Source: Turneriella sp. (lineage in GTDB: Bacteria; Spirochaetota; Leptospiria; Turneriellales; Turneriellaceae). Taken from it: 64,000 bases of DNA. This document shows positions 56,841 through 64,000 of this stretch, one piece after another. Position 1 is the first letter of the stretch. Each line of letters starts with the position of its first letter. The position numbers were made by a program, and so were the translations under genes. Under the pieces are notes generated by a model. It saw nothing but the letters and a program-made list of their open reading frames with translations, made no database searches and was not told the DNA's origin. Location: assembly GCA_965279515.1 (NCBI GenBank), contig CBDIID010000003.1:2336001-2400000 (forward strand). Reading direction: 5' to 3'.

Positions 56841-58226
56841 ATGCATATGAAACCCCGGTTCGGTTTACGCAGCGCAATCCTCATCACGATACTGGCCCTT
56901 TCGACACAGCTCGGCGCACATATCGAACTCGTGACTGTGCCGAAGAGCCAGTCGGTGCAGCTCACAATTTACAACAGCGCCGACATCACGATGGTGAAAG
57001 AGTCACGCGAGCTGACCTTTAAGCCCGGGGTCAATACCATCCAGTTTTCGTGGGCGGGTACCCTGATCGACCCGACGTCGCTGCGCCTCACCTTTCTCAC
57101 ACAAAAGTCGAAACTCAACCTGCGCGACACCTCGTTTCCCCCAGGCCGCACCGATGCGCTGCAATGGAACATCGACAGCGAAATTTCAGGCTCAGCGAAG
57201 GTCGAGATCAACTATTTCACTTCGGGTATCACGTGGAGCGCCGATTACACCTCGATCACAAACACCAATGAAAATAAGATGGGGCTCGACGGCTATATCC
57301 GCGTCATCAATAATTCAGGTGAGGATTACCCCAATGCGGAAGTCCGCCTCGTCGTGGGCACGGTTAACCTCGTCGAAGACATTGCCGGTTTGGCCCAAGG
57401 CAAGTGGCGTTATGCCGATCTCGACGAAGAGAAGCGCGACCGCGTGCGCAATGGTTTTAAAAAGAAAATGAAGCGCGCCGAGGCGGCCAAGATGGCGATG
57501 GACAACGAAGATGCGGCGCCGATGCCCGCAGCGCCTGCCAGTGTATCACAGCCGAAAGAAATCGTCAAAGAAGGTCTTTCCGAATATTTTCTCTTCACCG
57601 TTGAAGGCAAAGAGAAAATTCCCAATGGTTGGCAGAAGCGCCTCAAGGCATTTAGCGCAAAAGATGTCGATGTCAAAGTTATCTACAAGGCTTCAGACCG
57701 CATGACCGGCGGCACTGTGCACAAGTTCTATGAGTTTCGCAATGTCAAAGAAAAGGGCCAGGATCCCAAAACCAGCCTCGGCGTGTCACCACTGCCCGAC
57801 GGCACCGTGCACATCTTCTCTGAAGATGCCAAGAACAACCTGTCTTACCAGGGCGGCGTCTATATGAAATATGTCGCCACCGGCGACAAGGTCAAGCTCG
57901 ACGCCGGCGAAACGCGCGAGGTAGTCCTGCGCACATTTACGCGTGACTTCAAGCGTTATGGCTTCGTCACCGATACGCGCTACGACAAGTCACACTATGT
58001 CAAAGCGTGGATGGACGAATATTTCTACGAGCATGAACTCGAGAATACTATGGCCCGCGCCGTCAGCGTCGAGATCGAACGCACCTTCCCCGGCAATTTC
58101 GAGGGCGGCAAACTTCCTTTTAAATACGAAAAAATCGATTCGATGACGATCAAATTTTTCCCCGAGGCTGAAGCCCGGGAAAAGAAGAAGATCCCGTATT
58201 CGGTCAAGATTGAGCACAAGGAGTAA
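56841..58226 (+). CDS. DUF4139/DUF4140-like exported protein (paralog 1)
   Basis: Signal peptide; VQLTIYN, IDPTSL, YFTSGITWSADY and PLPDGTV. Start uncertain (56841 or 56847). Confidence 0.8.
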   Translation: MHMKPRFGLRSAILITILALSTQLGAHIELVTVPKSQSVQLTIYNSADITMVKESRELTFKPGVNTIQFSWAGTLIDPTSLRLTFLTQKSKLNLRDTSFPPGRTDALQWNIDSEISGSAKVEINYFTSGITWSADYTSITNTNENKMGLDGYIRVINNSGEDYPNAEVRLVVGTVNLVEDIAGLAQGKWRYADLDEEKRDRVRNGFKKKMKRAEAAKMAMDNEDAAPMPAAPASVSQPKEIVKEGLSEYFLFTVEGKEKIPNGWQKRLKAFSAKDVDVKVIYKASDRMTGGTVHKFYEFRNVKEKGQDPKTSLGVSPLPDGTVHIFSEDAKNNLSYQGGVYMKYVATGDKVKLDAGETREVVLRTFTRDFKRYGFVTDTRYDKSHYVKAWMDEYFYEHELENTMARAVSVEIERTFPGNFEGGKLPFKYEKIDSMTIKFFPEAEAREKKKIPYSVKIEHKE

Positions 58227-58229
58227 TGT

Positions 58230-59426
58230 ATGTTAAATTTGAAAAACCCCACCCCCAACCCCTCCCCTAATAGGGGAGGGGTGCCGAAGGCGGGGAGGGG
58301 TCTCATCCTCCTCGCCGCACTCACCCTCACGGGCAGCCTCTTCGCCCGCACCAAACTCGTGACGATGCCGCAGCGCGAATACACGCGCATCGACCTCAAG
58401 AACCCTAACCAGACTATCGTTGAGGAAGAACGCACGGTGAGTTTGCAGGCCGGCACGAACCAGGTCGAATACGCCTTTTCGGGCGTCGCGGTCGACATCA
58501 ACAGCATCCAGTTCAGGCCGATCAAGACGCCTGGTACGGTGCGCGTGATCAACGTCAACTATCCACCGGGTGAGAATGCGCTCTTTTGGGAAGTGTTCTC
58601 TGACAAAGCGGGCCCGGGTGTCTTTCGTATCTCTTACCTGATACAGAACCTGCACCGCACGACTGCGTACGAAGCCGTGATCGGCAAAGACGAAAAGACG
58701 CTCGATCTTAAGGCGCACACCATGGTGCAGAACGGCTCGGGCGAACATTTTGCCAGTGCCGAGATTTCAAGCGTGATCGGCAAACCGTACAACGGCGGCC
58801 TGTTGCAGGGCGAATCCAAAAAGATCCAGGCATTCTCGGCGGGGGATGTCAAATTCACGAAGAAGTTTTTCTACGACCAGTCGCATTCCAGCGAAGTCGC
58901 GCTGATCTATGAGGTCCGCAACGATAAAGCTTCAGGCCTGCCCGAAACCATGCTGCCCAACGGTAAGGCGCGGGTCTACCAGGAAGACTCGCAGGGTTCA
59001 GAAGCCTTCTTAGGCGAAGACTGGACACAGGAAACCGGCGCGGGCCAGAAACTCGAGCTCAAGCTTGGCCAGGCAAAGGAAGTCAAGGTCACACGGACCA
59101 TCGTGAAGAAAAAAGAAGAAGTGGTGAAACTCCCGATCAAGAATTACCACCAGACAGTGCGCTACCAGATCGAGAACTTTAAAGACAGCTCTGTACCACT
59201 GACTGTGGTCGAACACCCCGGCGGTGAATGGGTTGTCGACGACATCGATGTGAAAGAAGAAAGCGGCGAAAGGGACGAGATCCGCGAGAAATCCTACTCA
59301 ACCGATGTGAAGCAGGAACGCATCGATCTCGACAACCTCAAGCTGCACATACAGGTACCGGCCAATGGCCGTGAGAAAAAGAAACTGAATGTCTATGTGA
59401 AACTGATCTTAAAGAACCGCTGGTAA
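58230..59426 (+). CDS. DUF4139-like exported protein (paralog 2) with a palindromic insertion in the signal peptide
   Basis: AAGGAG RBS; VEEERTVSL..G.N.V, LPNGKARVY, FLGED and LKLG. Confidence 0.82.
   Translation: MLNLKNPTPNPSPNRGGVPKAGRGLILLAALTLTGSLFARTKLVTMPQREYTRIDLKNPNQTIVEEERTVSLQAGTNQVEYAFSGVAVDINSIQFRPIKTPGTVRVINVNYPPGENALFWEVFSDKAGPGVFRISYLIQNLHRTTAYEAVIGKDEKTLDLKAHTMVQNGSGEHFASAEISSVIGKPYNGGLLQGESKKIQAFSAGDVKFTKKFFYDQSHSSEVALIYEVRNDKASGLPETMLPNGKARVYQEDSQGSEAFLGEDWTQETGAGQKLELKLGQAKEVKVTRTIVKKKEEVVKLPIKNYHQTVRYQIENFKDSSVPLTVVEHPGGEWVVDDIDVKEESGERDEIREKSYSTDVKQERIDLDNLKLHIQVPANGREKKKLNVYVKLILKNRW
58245..58300. repeat. Palindromic element family 1, in frame in the CDS
   Basis: aaccccacccccaacccctcccctaataggggaggggtgccgaaggcggggagggg encodes NPTPNPSPNRGGVPKAGRG. 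Confidence 0.82.
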
Positions 59427-59433
59427 CACAGCG

Positions 59434-59509
59434 CCCCTAACCCCCCGCCCTTCCCCCAAGTCTGGGGGAAGGGAGCTAAGAAAACTCTTTTCCCCTCCCC
59501 AGACTTGGG
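59434..59509. repeat. Palindromic element, family 1-related, between convergent genes
   Basis: cccctaaccccccg-cccttccccca-agtc-tgggggaaggg ... cccctccccagacttggg. Confidence 0.72.
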
Positions 59510-59516
59510 TCGAACG

Positions 59517-60554
59517 TTAATTCGAAACCGAACCGATCGTTCCCCTGAAATAAGAACCCATAAGCGTCTTAATCGTTGCTGTTGGATCCTGCATATAGTG
59601 GTAGTGGTACGTTGCTGTGGATAAGTGGCGTGTGGTTGTCGTGTGGCCGTGCAGGCGATCGAGCGAAGTCTGCGTGCCACTCTGTGTGACAGAATCCGTC
59701 GTGGCAGTGCCTGTCGCCGAACTGGTATTTGCTGTCGGCGTATAATCATCGCCTGTGCCGACTGTGCCATTGTCGCATTGTTCGGCGTAGATGAGATAAC
59801 CGTCGAGCGCCACACCGAGCAGCGTTGAATCGGTCATCGTTGCGGAGAGTTTCGTTACCGCGGCGTGGTGGTGGTAGACACCGCCGTTCTGTGGGTGGCC
59901 GCCAAAAGCATCGAATGTTGTCGCTTCGGTCGAAAGGTTATCCGGCGGCGCAGCGGCGTTGTTGAAAATCGCGAGGCCATTGGTCGTGATGCCGATCGAA
60001 ACAAGACCGCCCTGCGAACTTGTCAGGGTTCCGGTTTTCAGCGTCGGTGTTGCCGGTATTGTGTAGACGATGCTTTGGCTCGCGATCACATTGGTGCCCG
60101 CGGAAATATTGGCTCCGGGCAGGGCCGCCCACAGCGTTGCATTCTGGCCGCTGGAGCAGGTAGTGGAACCGGCGCCGTGCGCTGCGCACCAGTAAAAACT
60201 CGTATGGTTCGGCAGATTGGCGGATTTGAAAATATAGTTTGTACCCGAAGTATAGCCGATCTGGCAGGTGAAGTTGCCTGTGGCCCACGAGGGGAGATCC
60301 GACGAAATCGCGGTATTGACGTTGGTAATACAACCCGACGTGCCGTTCAGGGTCGCGCTCGATACCGCAATCGTTGCGCTTGTTGCCGAAGACCCGCAGG
60401 CTGTGGTGTTTGAGGTACTGCCTGTGCAGCTGCTACTGGAGGTCGTCGTGCTGGTGCTCGTGGTGGAATCGGTCGTCGAAGACGACGTCCCGGAAGTATT
60501 GCCGCATGAGGCTAGCAGCACCAGAGCCGTTAATGTCAGGATGTTTTTGTACAT
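59517..60554 (-). CDS. YHYH-domain lipoprotein
   Basis: AAAGGAG RBS, MYKNILTLTALVLLAS-C, S/T linker, GGHPQNGGVYHHH, GVALDGY, LDRLHGH and YHYH. Confidence 0.9.
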   Translation of the reverse strand: MYKNILTLTALVLLASCGNTSGTSSSTTDSTTSTSTTTSSSSCTGSTSNTTACGSSATSATIAVSSATLNGTSGCITNVNTAISSDLPSWATGNFTCQIGYTSGTNYIFKSANLPNHTSFYWCAAHGAGSTTCSSGQNATLWAALPGANISAGTNVIASQSIVYTIPATPTLKTGTLTSSQGGLVSIGITTNGLAIFNNAAAPPDNLSTEATTFDAFGGHPQNGGVYHHHAAVTKLSATMTDSTLLGVALDGYLIYAEQCDNGTVGTGDDYTPTANTSSATGTATTDSVTQSGTQTSLDRLHGHTTTTRHLSTATYHYHYMQDPTATIKTLMGSYFRGTIGSVSN

Positions 60555-60658
60555 GTTTATCTCCTTTCCGATGCGGAGGCGGTTTGAGGCCAAACCGGAC
60601 ATGTTTTCCGCAGTTCTAAAATGCTTTGCGCCGAAAGCGGGTTATTAACACCGCACGT

Positions 60659-61216
60659 GTGGAGGAAATCAGCCTCAGGCAAACCCTCTTTTATTGTTTC
60701 GCATTCGTCCTGACCGGTTCGGCCCTGGGGGTCGTGTTCCACCGCAACCCGGTCAAATCAGCACTTTTTCTCGTGGCATTTTTTGTCTCGCTCGCTTCGA
60801 CCTACGCCCTCATCGGCGCCGAGGTACTGGCCACATTACAGGTACTTGTCTATGTGGGCGCAATCATGGTGCTTTTCCTTTTTGTCATCATGCTCATTGC
60901 CGTGCGCGAAGAAAGTTTCGAAAGCCCGTTCAGTAATGTCGGGCGAGCCGCGTTGGTCATTGTTCTGGCCATCGCATTTGTTACACAGATTCTGCTGCTG
61001 TTGCAGATTAAAATCGGTAAGGGCGACCTGAACCCGATTGCGCAACCGGTAACTGCCATTACAGGTAACAAGGAAATCAGGGATTCCGCCCAGGTTCTCG
61101 CTGTGAATCTCTTCAAGGAATATCTCATCGCTTTTGAACTCGTGTCGCTGTTATTGCTCGTCGCCGTCGTCGGGGCGATCATGATTGCCAAACGTAACCG
61201 CCGGATGATGGAATAG
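60659..61216 (+). CDS. nuoJ: NADH-quinone oxidoreductase subunit J
   Basis: NPVKSALFL, QVLVYVGAIMVLFLFVIML and FELVSLLLL. Start GTG 60659 or TTG 60626. Confidence 0.95.
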   Translation: MEEISLRQTLFYCFAFVLTGSALGVVFHRNPVKSALFLVAFFVSLASTYALIGAEVLATLQVLVYVGAIMVLFLFVIMLIAVREESFESPFSNVGRAALVIVLAIAFVTQILLLLQIKIGKGDLNPIAQPVTAITGNKEIRDSAQVLAVNLFKEYLIAFELVSLLLLVAVVGAIMIAKRNRRMME

Positions 61217-61218
61217 TT

Positions 61219-61533
61219 ATGGATGAATTTTTATCAGTCCGCGAAATTGCCATTCTGGCCTTTGTGCTTTTTGCGATCGGTATTGTGGGCGTAGTCTCGC
61301 GCCGTAACCTCATCGTGGTACTGATGTCCGTTGAAATTATGCTGAACTCGGTCAATTTACTTTTTGTGACTTTCTCGCGCGGGTTTAACGACACCACCGG
61401 GCAGATCATGGTTCTGTTCGTGATGGCGATTGCTGCCGCCGAAGCCGCGGTGGGTTTAGCCCTGGTTATTGCTTTGTTCCGTAATTCACACAGCATCATG
61501 ACCGACTCTATCGAGAACCTCAAAGACTCATGA
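61219..61533 (+). CDS. nuoK: NADH-quinone oxidoreductase subunit K
   Basis: RRNLIVVLMSVEIMLN and AAAEAAVGLAL. Confidence 0.97.
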   Translation: MDEFLSVREIAILAFVLFAIGIVGVVSRRNLIVVLMSVEIMLNSVNLLFVTFSRGFNDTTGQIMVLFVMAIAAAEAAVGLALVIALFRNSHSIMTDSIENLKDS

Positions 61534-63503
61534 AACAGGAACATATACCATACCTGCTCGTCGCGGTACCGTTGCTGCCGCTTGTTGCCGCTGTTATTAA
61601 TGCGGCGATCTTTGCGGTTTCAGGCCGGATACAAAACCAGAAGATCCAGTACTGGACCATTCTCGTTTCCATGGCTTCTGTGCTCTTCGCGCTCGCCGCA
61701 CATTTTTCCGTCATTTATCTGCATCCGACTTTAATCGGCGAAGCCTCGGCTTCGATCGTCGCGCCCGTAGAGTGGCTCGCCTTTACCAGCCCGCTGCGCT
61801 TCATGTGGGCAATCCGCTTCGACGCGCTGACAAGCATCATGGTCGCCGTCGTGCTTTTCGTCGGCCTGATGGTGCAGATTTTCAGCGTGGGTTACCTCAA
61901 CGATCGCCGCGAAGATTACGCGCGCTACTTCGCCTGGTTGAGTTTCTTCATGTTCAGTATGCTGCTGCTCGTCGTGTCGGCGAACATGCTTGTGTTTTTC
62001 GCCGGCTGGGAAGCCGTCGGATTGTCTTCGTATAAACTGATTTCTTTCTATGTCGAAAAAGATGCGGCACAGCGCGCGGGTAAAAAAGCCTTTATCATGA
62101 ACCGTATCGGCGACGCGGCGCTGCTCATTGCCATGTTCGCACTTTTCCGCGTGGCAAACACGGGTGACTTCCGGGAAATTGCCCTCGTCTTTTCGAAAGG
62201 CAGCATTGCAGCGTCGCATGCAAACTTTATCGCCCTGATGGTTTTTATCGCCGCCGCCGCCAAATCGGCGCAGCTGCCCCTCTACACCTGGTTGCCCGAT
62301 GCGATGACCGGGCCCACTCCGGTTTCTGCGCTGATTCACGCAGCGACGATGGTAACGGCGGGTATTTTTCTCATGCTGCGCCTGGAGCCGGTTTTTGTCA
62401 TGGCGCCGGAAGCGTCGGCGATTGTCGCCTGGACAGGTGGCATTACCGCGCTCATGGCGGCGTTCATCGCCGTCGCGCAGACTGACATCAAAAAGGTACT
62501 CGCATTCTCCACGGTGTCGCAGCTCGGCCTCATGGTGCTTGCGGTGGGCACCGGGTCGTATGCAGCCGCATTTTTCCATCTTTTCACACATGCATTCTTT
62601 AAGGCGATGTTGTTCCTGTCTGCGGGTGCAGTCATCACTTACAAACACCACGAACAAAACATACGGCGCATGGGCGGGCTGGTGGGTGAGCGGCCGCTGC
62701 TGGCCTTTATCTTCTGGATTGCCCTCGCGGCGCTTGCCGGTATTCCCGGCCTGTCAGGCTTTTTCTCGAAGGACCATATTCTCGCATCGGCGTTCGCCCT
62801 TAAAAACGGCGGTACTGTATTAGGAGCGATTACCGTCGCGGTATCGCTGCTGACTGCATTTTACAGCTTCCGGCTCGGCATCCTGGTCTTCCACGGCAAA
62901 AAGACTGAAGCATCGGGGCATGCTGAGCAAGGCGAGGAGCCATCCGTCACCTTCTATCTGCCACTGGTACTTCTCGCCATTCCCACTCTGCTCGCGGGTT
63001 ATTTTGGAGTACCGGCATTTTTTACCGGCTTTGAATCCCGTTTCTTCGAATTTATCAGCCATAACCTGCCTGTGCCTGCCGCAGATTTCACGGTGGCGAT
63101 GCAGCACCATTTGAGCCACGCAACCGAATTTAACATCATTGCTCTGGGTGTGGGGGCGGCGCTTACGGGTGCGCTTGCGGCAATTTTTTATTATGGTATT
63201 CTGCGCCGCCGCCCGGTTGCCGAAGAGGCTTACCATCCAGCTTTGACGCGGCTGAGTCTCAAAAAACTCTATGTCGACGAAATCTACCAATTCCTCTTTG
63301 TCGCGCCTTATAAGAAGATTGCTGATAAAATCAGCGAGTGGGATTTCCGCGTTATCCCGGCGATTTCTGAGGGCATGGGGTATCTCGCCGAGATCATCGG
63401 CGCATCGTTCAGCCGCCTGCAAAATGGCGTCATGGCGCATTATGCAATCTATATGGTCGGTGGTATAACGATTCTGCTCGTGCTGCTTTTGGGGACGCTC
63501 TGA
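61530..63503 (+). CDS. nuoL: NADH-quinone oxidoreductase subunit L
   Basis: GWEAVG, NRIGD, KSAQLPLYTWLPDAMTGPTPVSALIHAATMV and HLFTHAFFKA. Confidence 0.97.
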   Translation: MKQEHIPYLLVAVPLLPLVAAVINAAIFAVSGRIQNQKIQYWTILVSMASVLFALAAHFSVIYLHPTLIGEASASIVAPVEWLAFTSPLRFMWAIRFDALTSIMVAVVLFVGLMVQIFSVGYLNDRREDYARYFAWLSFFMFSMLLLVVSANMLVFFAGWEAVGLSSYKLISFYVEKDAAQRAGKKAFIMNRIGDAALLIAMFALFRVANTGDFREIALVFSKGSIAASHANFIALMVFIAAAAKSAQLPLYTWLPDAMTGPTPVSALIHAATMVTAGIFLMLRLEPVFVMAPEASAIVAWTGGITALMAAFIAVAQTDIKKVLAFSTVSQLGLMVLAVGTGSYAAAFFHLFTHAFFKAMLFLSAGAVITYKHHEQNIRRMGGLVGERPLLAFIFWIALAALAGIPGLSGFFSKDHILASAFALKNGGTVLGAITVAVSLLTAFYSFRLGILVFHGKKTEASGHAEQGEEPSVTFYLPLVLLAIPTLLAGYFGVPAFFTGFESRFFEFISHNLPVPAADFTVAMQHHLSHATEFNIIALGVGAALTGALAAIFYYGILRRRPVAEEAYHPALTRLSLKKLYVDEIYQFLFVAPYKKIADKISEWDFRVIPAISEGMGYLAEIIGASFSRLQNGVMAHYAIYMVGGITILLVLLLGTL

Positions 63504-63504
63504 T

Positions 63505-64000
63505 ATGATAACCGCCGCAATTCTCATACCGTTTTTTGCTGCGTTGGTAATCCTGCTGCTCAAAGAAGAGAGTGCCGGGCCGGCTCTCAAGAGCCGAAAC
63601 GCCTGGTTCGCCATCGCTGCGACGATTACATCGCTGGTCTCGGCACTGCTCATGGTCGGTCGTTTTTCACCCACCTATGGCGAAAGCCAACTACGCGAAA
63701 CCTGGTGGACAAGTGCAGGTACCGGAATCAATATCACCTTCGCGGTTGATGGACTTTCCTTCCCGCTTTTTATCACAACTGCCTTTCTGTTTTTTATCGC
63801 CGCACTTTTCTCCATGAATACTTTTCAACTGCAGGGCGCTACATCCCCTGCCCGCCAAAAGGTTTTCTGGGGAATGTTCTTGCTGCTCGAGAGCGTCGTG
63901 CTGGCGATTTTTTCGGCATGGAACTTTGTCGCTTTCTTTGCCTTCTGGGAACTATTCCTGATACCGCTGACGATTCTGCTCTGGAGATTTGGCCTCGAAG
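63505..64000 (+). CDS. nuoM: NADH-quinone oxidoreductase subunit M (partial, runs off the window)
   Basis: Manual translation: MITAAILIPFF...FAVDGLS...FFAFWELFLIP. Confidence 0.9.
   Translation, partial: MITAAILIPFFAALVILLLKEESAGPALKSRNAWFAIAATITSLVSALLMVGRFSPTYGESQLRETWWTSAGTGINITFAVDGLSFPLFITTAFLFFIAALFSMNTFQLQGATSPARQKVFWGMFLLLESVVLAIFSAWNFVAFFAFWELFLIPLTILLWRFGLE

Noticed and set aside
60400..60500. Low-complexity repeat in the YHYH gene
   Set aside because: Ordinary Ser/Thr lipoprotein tether.

Overview
Bacterial chromosomal window, most likely from a moderately GC-rich Leptospiraceae spirochete (Turneriella-like). This is inferred from the tandem flaA2-flaA1 periplasmic flagellar sheath genes, the spirochete-type lipoprotein signals and a membrane-fused AraC. 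Housekeeping genes are prfB, tatD, tRNA-Leu(TAA), tRNA-Cys(GCA), gspC, thiD, gltA, dnaE, selU-selD and nuoJKLM. Interleaved with them are four type II toxin-antitoxin modules (one frameshifted), lipid-modification genes and a CheB/CheR-PAS plus histidine kinase pair. The most unusual signals are five. (1) A ~16 kb accessory block (14.8-31 kb) encodes an LMF-family protein, a membrane-fused spermidine-synthase-like protein, two paralogous extended UbiA prenyltransferases, a heme-c/FG-GAP lipoprotein, a lipoprotein-signal SAM methyltransferase and a 1813-aa mosaic Cys-module lipoprotein; together these look like one uncharacterised envelope system. (2) Several families of short palindromic elements have inserted in frame into genes, supplying signal-peptide N-regions, C-termini/stop codons and an internal TatD loop. 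(3) tatD has its only canonical start codons inside tRNA-Leu. (4) A CFA-family methyltransferase resembles fungal sphingolipid C9-methyltransferases. (5) Two unlisted small ORFs are present. All product calls come from motif recognition by eye; no database search was run.
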